DNA of 63,325 nt, counting the filler, from Octopus bimaculoides (taxonomy: Eukaryota), in the NCBI RefSeq assembly GCF_001194135.2. It is 7 parts of 7 records of this genome, joined end to end, with 100 filler letters (N's around TTAATTAATTAA, not from the genome) between each part and the next. Parts side by side here need not be neighbours in the genome. Positions count along the whole stretch, not along the records: positions 28,485 to 45,517 come from NC_068986.1; positions 45,618 to 52,463 come from NW_026336462.1; positions 52,564 to 56,894 come from NC_068982.1; 4 more parts are not named here. One strand, given 5' to 3'. Positions within the stretch are counted from its first letter, which is position 1. Each line of letters begins with the position of its first letter. Both the position numbers and the translations under genes were made by a program. Under the pieces are notes generated by a model. The model was given only the letters and a program-made list of their open reading frames with translations, was not told where the DNA came from and made no database searches. Positions 39,545-53,905 of this stretch are shown here, piece by piece.

Positions 39545-40756
39545 CCATCGACCATATCTTTGGATGGGGCCAGATTCTTGTGAAATAGAAGGTAACATGG
39601 TTGTAGACTAATAGGGTAGATGGAGTCATAAAAACTAAGGACAGACCTGGAAAGAAATAGAAAAGAGGATGTTTAGAACAAGCAACGGCGTCACAAGAGT
39701 TGATGTCACACAAGGGCGGTAACTCGTGGAATCACTTCTTCTATGCACTACTTCCTGTATTAGACCACATAAAATTCTTATCAATGTTTTGTTTTTTTTT
39801 AATACTAATGTTGTAAATCGTAATACCCACTATCACTGAATGGATTAGTGACAGAAATAACTGGCAAAATTCAAAGGAAATCTGTGAATTACATCATCAC
39901 AGTCACAGCTTACATGGCGTGTGTTTATATTTACACACTTTCAAGGCAGCGAGCTGGCAGAAGCGTTAGCATGCCGGACAAAATACTTAGCGGTATTTCG
40001 TCCGTCTGCACGTTCTAAGTTCAAATTCCGCCGTGGTTGACTTTACCTTTCATCCATTCAGGGTCGATAAAATAAGTTCCAGCTGGATACTGAGATCGAT
40101 GTAATCGACTTGCCCCTCCTCCCCCAAAATTGCTGGCCTTGTGCCAAAATTTGTAACCAATATTTATTTGTAGTTAAAATGAAAATTCGGTATCCCCCAC
40201 CGAAAAAAAATACCAACCAAAACACAAAACAAAGAAATTCGAAAGAAAATCGTTTAATAGCTCCATAAAAATTGTGTTGATTTTTTTAAGATTAAAGATA
40301 ATTTTAAATGTGATACATTCACGGATTAGGTTTCTAATTTATGTAACTCGTTTTTTACAAAAACCGAAACGGCGGTGTATGAAGGGGTATGGCGTACACC
40401 CGCTTTCCCAGTTGTTCTTTTTCCTTTTAGCCTTGCTCAATGTCTACAAATTGAGACGTTTATAAGCTTCCCTCCGTCAAGCTACCATCTATCAAAAAAG
40501 ATTCCTTGTTCATTTGTTGTCGTTATCTTTTAGTTTTATTTTTGACATTTTTCAGTCATTAGACTGCGGCCGTGCTGGAGCACCACCTTGAAAGGCCTTA
40601 GTCAAACGAATCCACCAAGGTACTTATTGTTTTGACGCATTCTGCTTATTCTATCGGTAAATTTTGCCGAACCGTTAAGTTACGGAGATATACATACACA
40701 TACAATAGTTGTCGAGCGGTGACAGGGGAGAAACACTGGCACAAAGGCACACACTC

Positions 40757-40792
<36 letters not shown>

Positions 40793-40953
40793 TTTTATTC
40801 TTTTATTATTTTATTTGTTTCAGTCATTTGACTGCGGCCATGCAGGAGCACCACATTTAGTCGAACAAATCGACCCGAGGACTTCTTCTTTGTAAGCCTA
40901 GTACTTATTCTATCGGTCTTTTTTCCCGAACCGTTAAGTTAAGGAGACGTGAA

Positions 40954-41640
40954 CACACTAACATTGGTTGTCAACACATTCCCTGATGAAGCACAGGAAA
41001 TCGATGATTATTTCGAGGATACGTGGATTGGAAGGCCCAACAGAAGGAATGCACGACACCCACCTCTCTTTGCACTAAGTATGTGGAATATGTATTTAAG
41101 GGTTCTTGATAATTTTCTCAAAGCAAATAACTCTGTCGAGGGACGGCATCGAGCATTCGAAACCCGAGTTGGGTCTCATCACCCCAACATCTGGAAATTT
41201 ATCAATTTTTTACAAAAAGAACAAAGCCTAAACGAAATTCGGATTGAGCAGTATATTGCTGGAATGGAACCAGAACCTCAAAAAAAAAAAAAAAAAAAAA
41301 AGCACTATCAAGATGCTGCAAAACGAATAAGAAGTCTTCTTCGAAAGTTTGATCCACAAAATATTATTGATTCCGTTCGTGGTATAGCACACAACCTTTC
41401 CTTTTAAGATTTTATAAGTCCTCTCAGTAAATAATATCTTTTGTTTTTTTATGCCTTTTGAATTAAAATAATCCTAATGATTTTATAAATAGTTAACAGC
41501 TTAGTTATAAAACCGAAAGGATTATAAATTATGAATAATAAAATACGAATTCATCAAAAAGAAACAATTTTTTTATTTTTCAGTCAGATTGTGTTTTAGA
41601 AAAATTGTTTTGGACAAACTCTCGCTTCGATCCGGCTGGG
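40954..41640 (+). mobile_element. Mutator/MULE transposon 3' fragment (transposase C-terminus to 41407)
   Basis: DYFEDTWIG...PPLF...WN...NNSVEGRH..F...HPNIWKFI..LQKEQ is typical of animal MULE transposases. The fragment starts abruptly at a SINE junction. Confidence 0.85.
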
Positions 41641-43204
41641 ACAGTGGAAAAGAGGGAGAGTGAGAGAGTGAGAGACAGAGAGAGAGAGAGAGAAGGTACT
41701 TTAGGGAGAGACAGAGACAGAAAAGGGGAGAGAAAAAAAGAAAGAGTGCTTGAAGGAGCGAGAGAGAAAAGGGGAGGAAGAGAAAGAGAGAAGGGGGTGC
41801 TTGAGGGGGAGAGAGAAAAAGTGAGAGTGTTTGCGGGAGAGAGAGATAGTAACGAAGATGGCTGTCGATGGGGACTTAAAAGAAAGACAACGGGTAAGAA
41901 ACTCAAATGTAGATATTGTATATCCCAGTTTCCTCTCCATCACCATTTCTTCCACGCTAATATTGCTCTACTTGTATCAATGGCTGTGTCTCCCCCACCC
42001 CCACCCCCACAGCAACGCTTATCTCCATTTGTCACGGTTCTTTGTTTGAGACGTTGAGCTTTTAAGATCCATCATTATAATTTAACCCCATGTCTGTATA
42101 CGCTTACCTCTTTCACAGGCTTCCAACCACTTCAAAAGCTGTTTCAGTATCCTTATATTTCGTATTGCGCACGCTCCACCGGAAACACATTTCACACACA
42201 CTCTCATATATCCATTGTGCCTGACAACTGTTGCTAGGCGTCATTATATGTAAACAGACTTTCGAATTCTGTTTACAGCGAACACTTCATTACAAGTAAG
42301 ATTAACTCCTTGATACAAAAAAATAAACTGTGATGACTGCTAGGAAGCCGAAACTTTGAAGTCACTATCAATCATTTCCTTCACACACACACACACACAC
42401 ACACGTACATATTATATGCGCGTGTGTGTTTACATGTCTGTATATGCACATATTTGTATGTATATATATATAGCTGATGATGGAGGTGTGTTGGATTGTT
42501 GGTATGGCTGTTTTAGTATATGTGGAATAGTATTATAAACACATCCTTCTGATATATATATATATATATATATATATGGTATATATATCGTGAAGTATAT
42601 TTGCCATCTCACTCAGAGTTTTATTATTGCTTATATATATATATATATATATATACATACACATGATGTCGATGTCTATGCCATTTCATTTCAATATATC
42701 TCCTTGGTTACGTGCAATGACTGTTAAATATTTGTATACAATTTTGCACAAACGAAGACGTTCAGATATTTTCTAAATACACAACACCGTAGTTGGACGG
42801 TTTATTTATCTAATGTTATTATACATAGAGACTTTGTATATACAACTCCGATAAATCTAAGGCAAGTCGAATTATTTTTCAGGAAAATTCAAAAATTTAA
42901 AAGCTTGTCTCACCAATGTTTACAAAAGATACACGCAAACATAATCACATAAACACACATATTATTGCACATTTTTTTATGAATGTTATTCTGTATATCA
43001 TTAGACTAAGGTATCTCTTATATAGAATATAACACCGCATTTTCTCCTCAGTATAAAAATCTTGATAAAACCTTTGGCAACATAATTACTGACCTTTATT
43101 ACTGATTTTATTTTGCTGCATCTCAGTACGAACACATTGTAAAGAAAACTACCGAGACAGACCAACGACGTTTCAGCAGACGATCCAGTTTGTCGGATTA
43201 TTAG

Positions 43205-43454
43205 AAGAATGTTGATGATGATGGCGGTAAGGCTGACGACGACTTCGATGACAACGATGACCAGGATAATGATTATAATGATGATGGTGGTAACACTAAC
43301 AGTGTCACCACCACCACCACCACCAAAAACCACTAGCTCCTGGAGCAGCAACAGAGGCAACCCCCAACTGCCACCACCACAGCCGCCGCTGCTACCACCG
43401 CCACCATCGCCGCCACCACTGCCCAAACCACCACCACCACCACCGACGACGACG

Positions 43455-43494
<40 letters not shown>

Positions 43495-43650
43495 CGCTGC
43501 CGTATACATAGTCAAAACTACCGCCGCCACCATTACCACTACCATGACAACCAGCATAACCACAATATTGCAATCATCATCGTCACCATTACAGCTACTA
43601 ACAAACACTATCACACTTAGCACCACCGCCACCACCATCACCACCGCATA
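43205..43650. repeat. Compound trinucleotide microsatellite (GAT/GAC/CCA/CAA)
   Basis: Direct reading; explains the Pro/Thr- and Val/Gly-rich ORFs on both strands. Confidence 0.9.
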
Positions 43651-44777
43651 GGCATAATAACCCCCTGTCCCTCCCCAAGGACTATTGTTCTCGAGACTTC
43701 CACCCAGTTTTAGTTCCCAGATAAAGAATATGTCAGTGTGATTTTTATCACCCCTAATGGCTTCTGCCAGATTCTCTCCTCCGTTACTTATCTAAGCCCC
43801 TCTTATCCACTGCCCTTATCCTAACACCCACATCGCTGCTGTTTTTTCCAACATTCTCCCGTCAAAATATTTTCTTAGTCAGCCATCAAAATATTTTGTC
43901 ATGCCGTCGCAGATTACATCACAACCCGTTGTCGTCTGCTACAACACGTGATCTGTTACTGATTATGCCATAACTCTTTGTCATCTGCTCCTGCCCCCAT
44001 GAACTATTGTTATTATGCCATAGCTCTTTGTTATTTGCTCCAACTAACGTGGTTTGTTCGTTGATTATTTCACAACTCTTTGTAATCTGCGCCAGCCCAT
44101 ATGGTCAGCTGTTGACCACGAAGGTTTATGATCTAAGTTATTTCAGCCGTGACTATCTTGCCTTTTATGGGTATGTAGGAATATACTAGCAAATAAGTCC
44201 CTTCTTACGGTACTTAAGACAGTAGGGTGTGACTTGAGTCAGATTTAGTTGCTATTACTAGCAAGTCAGGCGAATGCATGGGAAAGGTTCCCTTGTCTCG
44301 TGATTTCCGACAGTTGTCCTCAGTGTTCTTGTTTTAGCCCAGGTCAAGATTGAGTGAGCAGAATTATTAATAAAAGAGTTCTAATCATTATCATCTCATC
44401 TTCTGTGGATATACAACTAGCCTGTACACAACCAGCTGGGAACTTCCTCCACTGAAATCAATCATAGTGGCGAGCGTTGGTCAAGGATTGGAAGGAGTTA
44501 ACAAAAATGTTGATTTTCTCAAAAGTTTCTGAATGAAATGTTCGCATCCACTCAACAGGTAACCCCTACAGCAGCACATGACTTTGGTTTGCAGTCATAC
44601 GTCTGTTGTGCTGCATTTTGTAGAAGTTTTCAGAACAATAGATCATTAATATTTCATGTCTTGAGACGCTTGGATGTATTCGAAGCCAGGAGTATATTTG
44701 ATATCTACCTCAGGTCGGTCATTCTTAGAGAAGAGTAGGGATAAGAAGCGGAGAACAAGAACGATGTAAATATTATG

Positions 44778-45234
44778 TAGTTGAGTAGCATATCCTAAGT
44801 TATGGCTTGTCAGAAAGTAGCCATTGGTTTCACGTCTTCTATTGCACCTGGCAATATAGGCGACACATCAGACCTGCTGGCCGGAAGCACATAACTTCTT
44901 TACTAATGAAGGTAAAAATACAGTCTTGGTCAGTTTGTTGGTGAAACGTGGAAACGTAGTTTTCTCGTTTTGCGGACTAGTGAACGAAAAAAACGTACAC
45001 AAGCTGATCCATTTTGGACACAGCTGGAGTCACTCAAGAGGAGATAATTCTGTCCCTGTCAGAATGTTAGATTTTTCGTATCAGGGTTTTTTCCACCGCC
45101 AAACTGATCAAGACTGCATTTTTTATCTCCATTAGTAAAGAGGCTATTTACTTCCGGCCAGTAGGTGAAACAGTAGACGTGAAACCAATGGTAAGTTTCT
45201 GACTGGCCATAACCAAGGATATACTATTCGACTG
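44778..45234. mobile_element. Foldback MITE with arms of about 135-160 bp (Tc1/pogo-like CAGTCG terminus)
   Basis: 44778-44936 aligns to the reverse complement of 45101-45234 at roughly 80% identity, with one insertion of about 26 bp in the left arm; TA after the right end, TG before the left end. Confidence 0.8.
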
Positions 45235-45456
45235 TAGAAGACAAGCTCCTTCAGTGCCTAGGTATAGTCAGATCACAGTGATTTCGCACTGATATTAATG
45301 CTCGTCAGTAGCTCTCACCTAGCGCCTTGGGTTAAACCCAAACTCACCTTGTCAGTTCATAAGATCGTTGAAATCATACGTTGATTTCCTAAACGATAAC
45401 AGTGAAAATTATAAATAATATCGATGGTTTCAGGCTATGTACCTATAGTAGAAAGG

Positions 45457-45517
<61 letters not shown>

Positions 45518-48500
45518 NNNNNNNNNNNNNNNNNNNNNNNNNNNNNNNNNNNNNNNNNNNNTTAATTAATTAANNNNNNNNNNNNNNNNNNNNNNNNNNN
45601 NNNNNNNNNNNNNNNNNATATATATATATATATATACATATACATATGTGTATATATATATATACACACACACACACATATAGGAATGGTATATGCGTGT
45701 AAAAAGATCTATTTAAAAAAATTGTCAGGAAATAACGTTCTTTTTATTGGTTTTATTTGCTTTTATATGTTTTCTTTCTGTTTTTTTTCCATAACCATTT
45801 CGAAATAATCTTGCAAAAAAAGTAGAGGGAATAGAAATCAACACGCATGCGCACTTACACACGCGCCCATACACATGCGCACAATCTCACTCTGTCTCTC
45901 TCTCTCTCTCTCACACACACATACACAGAAATATACTAACACATGCAGACACGGACATAGATACAAACATACCTTCACAGAAACACATGCACTTGAACAT
46001 TATGTACACACAGAAACACACGGAGACGCATATACATACACACTTTCGTACAGAGAAAGTAAAAAGAGAGAAAAGCCTAAGAGATAGCTCTCGTCAACAA
46101 AAATGGTACCAGACACTAACCATATGTGTTACGTGACGTTATTTAGTCAAATTTGCCGCCTGGTAATAAAAGAAAATATTACAGTATTACTGTATCAAGT
46201 GCAAAGTAAACGACAGACAATTGCTATAATATTTAGTTGGTATTTTGTATGAGCTAAGCGATACAAACTGTGGTTAAGAGAGGTTAGACAGAGAAGAATT
46301 GTTTGTGTTTTATACGACATACTTGTGTTGCCTTTATGCTTAAAAAGAAAATATATATTTACATTACGTTGAAGTTGTATTCTTATGGTAGTAGCTTGGT
46401 GTTGTTTCCAAGTCTCTTTGCATTGCTTTTGCATCGATGGTAGAAAAGGGAAAATGTCACCCTCGAATAGTATCCCTCGTCTGGAAACTGGAAACGAAAT
46501 AAAACTCCGCAAAAATCCCGCCGAGATTAATCTTGCATTTTGTCCTTTCGGGGTCGACAAATACAAATGCAGAACTAGAGAGAAGTACAGGGTGTTCAAA
46601 TTGCGCCGAGATTAACTTCACTTTTCATCTCTTCCGGGGTCGATGTGAAACTACTTGTCAGGTCCTGTGGGAGGGGGGTAGTGATGTTATCGACTTGTTT
46701 TCTCTTCTTAAAAGAAAAATTGCTGGCTTTGGACCCGGTAATGGGCTGATGTCCTCTTCAGTGGGGATGTTATGATCTCGGTTACTTCGCCATGGAAACC
46801 AGGGGATCACCCTAATGAATCCTAGAACTCGAGAAAAAATAAAAATAAAAGGCACTGAAGAATCAGGTAAAGAAGGATCTTGAGCTAAGCAAAGCTCTAC
46901 TGTGGAAAATAGTGAGTTTATCCATCAGGGAACATTCACCTTCAAATCAGAACTCCTCGATCAGTTACTTTGACAACACTCTGCTTTGATTATGGAACCA
47001 ACTGATCTGTAATCAAGGACGTTCTATGTTTGACCAGCTGTCTTTTCCTTGGAAAACAGGGTATAAATTTGCGGCAAATTTATTTCCTATTTTTAATAAG
47101 TTGTGTGAATACGTATGAGGCTCCATCGTAGACTCATGCTTCTGTTGTGGGTTGTGTTGTGACAGAGAAAGTCTAGTCTACATTAAGCTCATCTCTCATT
47201 CAGATGACCCAGAGAAAGGTTCACTTCACCTGCTTTTTTTGCCTTCATGTTTCCGGACAAATGTCTTAATCCTGCATTAATTCGGTTCCATTTGCTGTCA
47301 GGAATACGAAACGGATCAATCTGTAAATGTTCAGCCTTTCCATTACATTATAGCCGTTTCCATTACATAATAAGTTCCTAATCTCAGAAATGCAGAATTG
47401 TGTTGCTTTCTCAGCTGGGAACAAAAATAGTCTATCAGACAACCAAGGATACTCTATATTTTATCACTTGTAAAACCAAGCAATTGAAAGGGTCCAAACA
47501 CGCTCGCTCTATTGTATTTCTATAAAGAAACTGGGTGGTCATGGTCGGAATACCTTTGATAATTGATTCACTCGTTTGAGACTGTTTCTTTGGTTAAATA
47601 ACTTCAAAGTTTGGAACAAGGCTACCAATATTTCAGGGAATGAGTTACATCGATAACATAATCCCAAATCGCGATTGATACTAATTTTATCGTTCACCCG
47701 AAAAGATGAAAGGGAAAAGTCAACCACGGTTGATGCTGAACTCAGAACTTAAAGAGCCCGAACAAATACCACAAGGCATTTTTCCGACGCTCTAACCATT
47801 CTGCCAGTCTGCTATTTGCTTGGTTAAATAACATCTCACAATGAAGTGTCACGGCTTATTAAATCAATAAGATTTTAGATCTTTATATCTTTGTCGATAT
47901 TGTTATTTATTTACGGTCATAATACTTGCCTTTCACTGGCTCAATTCGCCGTACTTTAAACATGTACATACGATGCCTTTATATTAATTACTATACTAAC
48001 CTCTACTATAAAGAACGACAGCGGTGTGTAATTAGCGAAGTTTCATTAAAATAAATTTTCTAAAATTCATGTTCTAAACATTCGAACTGTATTAGAAGTA
48101 CTAATATATTTGATCCTGTTTCAAACAATTCCATCACCGCTGAGCCATAATCGGCGCCGTTCAAATGAATCATTTATCTGTTATTATCTAACCTCAGATT
48201 AACGAAATTATCAATCAATCTATTGCTGGACTTTTAAGTCGGTTACATAATGATAATCAGCAGAACTGGTAAACTGCGGATGGTTTTGCATCGACATGAA
48301 TCAAATCGGACTTGCAAGTTGGTGTGCAGTGAGATGAAGTGGACAGAAGCGGACACTGTCACTCGCGAAACATTTGTTTCCAATTCATCTCATTGGTCTA
48401 CTCTTCTATTTTCATTTCCGTCAGTTATATATAATCTAGAACTATCTTCTGGGTGACTGAGCTGCATCAGAATCATTCTATTATCTTTCGAACCAGTTCG

Positions 48501-48919
48501 AAAATGTTGACTTTGTGTATCTTCTATGAACATGTTATTCTTGCATCGTTGTTGTTTAGCGAAGGCGGCGAGCTGACAGGATCACCACCCTCACCGTCCG
48601 CACCTTTCCTTGCATCATTCGGTCCGACTCTTTGCGTTCTTAGTTCAAATCGTGCCAAGGCCAGCTTTGCTTTTCATCCTTCCGAAGTCGATAAAATAAA
48701 TTACCAGTGAAAGAAAAGAGTCGATAGTATCGACTACTTACGCCTTTTTCTTCAAAAACTGCCGACCTTGTACCTAAATTAGAAACTACTGCTGTTGTTT
48801 AGCTCCAAGTCAATTCAAATCGAATAAATCTTTGTCAAACACTTTACAATTTTTCCCATCAGGTCTTTTATTTCATCGATAAATATACGAAGAACTAATT
48901 TAAATCTTGCGTCCTGTCT

Positions 48920-49570
48920 CGATGTAAAACAATATGGAAGCCTCTAAGACAGATTTCATTGTCGTTTCTAACTGGTCGAGGCGACCTCATATTGTCTCAC
49001 GTGTTACACTCATGTTGTGTTGCTGATTAGTTTTTTGTTTCGTTTGTTTTCTCTTCTATTTCCATTATTTACGCCATCAATGTATAACTAATGACCTTAT
49101 TTTCATGCCTCTTATCTAAATTTCCATGGTAACTTATAACCACAAGGAGCGGTTGCTCCTAACATTTACATGCAAGCAAATTTTACATCGTGCTTGTGAT
49201 AAGCACAATTAGAGTAAATTAAACTTATTTGAAATGTCCAATTAACAACACTAGTATTAAGTACAGCGCCCCTATTTACAGCTAAATAGATCAACTGGTT
49301 GAAAAATAAACAGCCGTGTTCAGCCAGATTTTCGGGTCAACACAGCAAGTAATCATCGCTTAAATATACAATAACAAGTCTAACCTCATTAGATCTCAGT
49401 GATTTTCTTTATTCGTTTTCAATGCATTCTGCAATATATAACTTGTTCACTCTTTTACTTTCTATCTTTTTATCTTATGCTTGTGTCAGCCATTGGGCAG
49501 CAGCCATGCGGGGCACAATACACCAACCCCAGTACTTATAATGCCTTTAAAAAAAAGTTTGATGCTTATT
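48920..49570 (+). mobile_element. Degenerate CR1/L2-type LINE 3' remnant
   Basis: Faint collinear motifs TDFIVVSNWS, KYSAPIYS and STYNAFKKKFD. Confidence 0.4.
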
Positions 49571-50654
49571 CTAGCGGTCGCTCTTTTGCCGTACCACCAG
49601 GTTACACGGACGTATGCAAACCAACACCGTACACTGTTTGGTTAAAATACAGTTGGCAAGATCCAGCTTCCTGCGACTTATCGGAAGGGCGAACTCAATC
49701 ATTCCACAATTATTATTAGCTGTGAAACAAAACCGTCGGTTAAGCTTGCTACTACATAAACATGAAGATTGCGGAAAGCAAGAAAGTACTTGTATTACCA
49801 TTATACGTATAATTATAAATATACAAAAATTAAAGCGTGAAACTCAAATGATATATGTATATGCGATGGGCTTCTATCTACCAAATTCATTCTCAAAGCA
49901 TTGATGTGTCCGAGCCTGTAGTAGAAGACACTTGTACACGTGCCGTGCAGAGAGACCTATTTACTCGGTGAGCACTCTAGCTGAAACAACACAGCCAGCG
50001 CTGGTGTTCTTCAACACACCAACGCTTCTACCCATTTTGCTAGTTTGACCAAAAATGCTAGCCAAAAGTTGATTTGAGACGTTCTGCTTCGCTTAGCGTA
50101 TTCTCCTGATAGAGGGCTTTCAGGTTATTACATTTTTCCGGACGCTGTAGGACAGACTGCAAGGACTTCCGTTAAACATGGACCTGAAACTGAAAACGTG
50201 GCTCGAAGAATTATTCGCGTCAAAACTTGTTGGTTGCGACCATCGAAGCATTAACGAGCCACCGAAACCTTGGCAAGAAGTCATGATCTATGAAAAAGCA
50301 TATATTAGTAGGTTCGAATTCTTGCACAATTCCAGTAATTTTGAGGGAAATTTAACTCGATTACATCGACCCCAGTAGTTGACTGGTATTTTATCTTATC
50401 GATCTCGAAATGGTTGAAAGGCAAAGTCGACCTTAGCCGAATTTGAACTCAGAAGTAAAGACGGACAAAATACCGCTAAGCATTTTACCACGTGTGTTAA
50501 CGTTTCTGCCAGTTCGCTACCTTACAAGGAACATGTAGTATGGACTGCTAGAATTATTGATGAAATGTGTAGGATTAAAATAAATGACGGAAAAATCGAA
50601 CAAATTTATCAGACAACACATGATATGGTTTCAATATGAATGTATTCTGCTCTA

Positions 50655-50805
50655 CTTCGGCTGGTAGAATCGTTAGCACGCCGGGCGAAATGCTTAGCGG
50701 TATTTCGTCTGCCGTTACGTTCTGAGTTCAGATTCCGCCGAGGTCGACTTTGCTTTTCATCCTTTCGGGGTCGATTAAATAAGTCCCAGTTTCGCACTGG
50801 GGTCG

Positions 50806-50810
<5 letters not shown>
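50655..50810 (+). mobile_element. SINE family B, young copy (repeated at 50986-51140 by an assembly duplication)
   Basis: Near-consensus ggctggtagaatcgttagcacgccgggcgaaatgcttagcgg...ctttcggggtcgat. Confidence 0.9.
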
Positions 50811-50844
<34 letters not shown>

Positions 50845-51136
50845 TTCTATTCTTTAAATTATNNNNNNNNNNNNNNNNNNNNNNNNNNNNNNNNNNNNNN
50901 NNNNNNNNNNNNNNNNNNNNNNNNNNNNNNNNNNNNNNNNNAGACAACACATGATATGGTTTCAATATGAATGTATTCTGCTCTACTTCGGCTGGTAGAA
51001 TCGTTAGCACGCCGGGCGAAATGCTTAGCGGTATTTCGTCTGCCGTTACGTTCTGAGTTCAGATTCCGCCGAGGTCGACTTTGCTTTTCATCCTTTCGGG
51101 GTCGATTAAATAAGTCCCAGTTTCGCACTGGGGTCG

Positions 51137-51175
<39 letters not shown>

Positions 51176-51895
51176 TTCTATTCTTTAAATTATCTCAGTC
51201 ATTTGACTGCGGCCACGCTAGTGCACCGCCTACACACACACACATACAAGTGAGTATAGATTTTTTTTGTGTGTACGTATTTATCTATTATTTTTTACAT
51301 TGAAATTTGTTAAGTTCTTCGCATGGCACTAAACAAGTGACACGATTTTGTTTTTGTCTTGCACCGGAACAATTGTATGTATGTTCTCTTCTTGCAAGGA
51401 AGGAGCTGGTTTCTAACAAAAATACAAAATTCCAGCGTGATAATATAAATAGCAAAAACAATATTACTCTTTGAACTTGAGAAAGCTTTGCATGACAAAA
51501 CGCCATGTGCCTACAAGTCAGTAATTTTTTAACACTTCCGCTTACTGATCGTATTCTATTGTATGCGTATATGTATGTATGTATGTATGTGTGTATGTAT
51601 GTAAGCATCAATGTATGTATATATGCCTGTGTGTATGTATGGATGCAATCGGATGAATAGTGATGTAGTTAAGAAGTGTTTCCACTCACAAGATGTTGTG
51701 TCTGACCCAACAATAGCCATCGTGGGTAATAATAATAATAATAATAATAATTATTATTATTATTATTATTATTTAAGACGTAGACAGTATCCAATATCGT
51801 GATGCTTTTTATTATTCTTCCTACGACCTTAAGCGACACAAGCTCCAACCACACACATACATAAAAACCACATACACACACACACACGTGCTATC

Positions 51896-51926
<31 letters not shown>

Positions 51927-52429
51927 ACCTGCGCGCACGCACATACCCCCCACACACACACACACATATACCTCCTTCTCTTGCACTCTCCTGTCTTAGA
52001 AAAAACTTTTTCTTCTCTCTTCCAGTCATTTCAATATGTGACGGCGTGTGTATCGTTGGCGATTTTCTTTCTCCGTCTTCCCTTCTTTGCACTTTCTCTA
52101 TATTTCTGACGAAGCGCTCCGCTCGGAACGTGGAATCCTCTTTCTTTTCTTTCTTTTCCTGAGCGACCAATAACACAGTACTTAGTACTTATTCCACGTC
52201 CTCGCGTTGTTGTTTCTTAATGCTTTTTCTTACTTGTACTTGTTTGGATTGACTATATATGCGTGCACATTAATAGAAGACATACATATGTATTAGGTAT
52301 ACACATGTGCATGCATACGTATGTAAGTACAAGAATATATACATGTAAGTGTTTATGTGTGGGTTTATCCCCAAATGTGGCTTCATTATATTTTGAAGTG
52401 CTTCTTCGTATTAGCTATTTTTATAGCTT

Positions 52430-52463
<34 letters not shown>

Positions 52464-52563
52464 NNNNNNNNNNNNNNNNNNNNNNNNNNNNNNNNNNNNN
52501 NNNNNNNTTAATTAATTAANNNNNNNNNNNNNNNNNNNNNNNNNNNNNNNNNNNNNNNNNNNN

Positions 52564-52595
<32 letters not shown>

Positions 52596-53489
52596 AAAGG
52601 ATAAAATCATTTTATATAGAATAATAATAATATCAGTGGCTAGCATGCATTAAAACCGTTGAGGTGAAAATTTGTATAAATCAATAATTATATATAAATA
52701 TATATACGTATAAACACACAGAAGTTCCAGCATGCTAGAAATAGAAATAGAATAAACAGGTAAGCGGGTATTTATTACCTGTGTTTCTTTATTCACTAAA
52801 GGTAGACTAATTTTCTGTTTTCCGCGCTTTCACCAGTACATATTAGTGACTTCGGTGGGTTAGAGTCGTTTTGACTTCTATTTCTAGCATACTGGTACTT
52901 TTCCCAGCACCCTTCATTATAATTATATACATTTATATGTAATTATTGATTTACACACACACACACACGCACACACATTGACTGAGTGGTGTGTACGTAT
53001 GTCTGTGTGTTTATTTTGTACAGTGACGCGTAAGCGCTTATTAGATAGGGACGTACGTTTGTTATCGTTGTCAGTTTTACTGTTGCTGCCAATTTGCTTC
53101 GGACATTCTTTATCTCTTCGTTGATATGGTTGATAGATCTAAACATCAATGAAACTTGATATGTGTTAAGTACAACTGTAACCTATCTCCGTATTTGATT
53201 TATCTCCAAACACTTCCTTCTAGTTGATAAAGTTGGCAATCGTTTCTTCATGTTTCCGTTTTCCTGATTAGATTATGCTAGTCTTGCACACAGCTGCAGC
53301 GGTTATGCATTTTCTAAGAAATCATCTTTTCAAATATCAATCATGAAACATTTTCTCTTCTTTTTTTTTCTGATATAATTTGCTTTATGTGTGCCCTGTT
53401 GTCTATTTTGCAACAAATGCAACTGAGTGCATTTGCTCTTCTGCATCTACAGATGTGAAGTTGGAATATAGGTTAATTTTTTTAATCTT

Positions 53490-53905
53490 TTGTTTCAGTT
53501 ATTTAACTGCGGCCATGCTTGGGCACCACCTTGAAGGATTTTAGCCGAACGAATTAACCCCACCAGATCTTATCTTTTTAAGCCTGGTAATTACGTCTAT
53601 CGGTCAGTCTTGCCGAATCGCTAAGTTACAGAAACGCAAACACACTAGCACCGGTTATCAAGCGGTGGTGGGAGCCAAACACAAGTACAAAGACACACCC
53701 ACACATATAAACACGCACAGCGACACACACACATACACGTGTCTGTGTGCGCGCGCGCGTGTAACGGGCTACTTTCAGTTTCCGTCTACGAAATCCACTC
53801 ACAAAGCTTTGGTCGGCCTGAAGCTACAGTAGGTACCATGTAACAACAGTAACGGTGAACCCGGTACCCCGTGGGTGGAAAGCAATATTCTTACCAGGCA
53901 GCTAC
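53490..53905 (-). mobile_element. SINE family C, full length (both halves joined by an internal CA/TG microsatellite)
   Basis: 5' half and 3' half are collinear; the same architecture occurs at 60950-61357(-). Confidence 0.85.

Noticed and set aside
43001-43644. Mucin-like or Gly-rich ORFs
   Set aside because: Compound trinucleotide repeats open on both strands, without convincing splice sites or unique domains.
48250-48456. TCKLVCSEMKWTE as a possible Helitron zinc motif
   Set aside because: Single weak motif with no Rep or helicase sequence nearby.
49399-49719. 106-aa ORF with a hydrophobic N-terminus
   Set aside because: Begins at a non-ATG codon and overlaps a probable LINE 3' remnant; no independent support.
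50611-51192. Exact direct duplication of about 250 bp
   Set aside because: Identical copies flank an N gap; almost certainly an assembly overlap.
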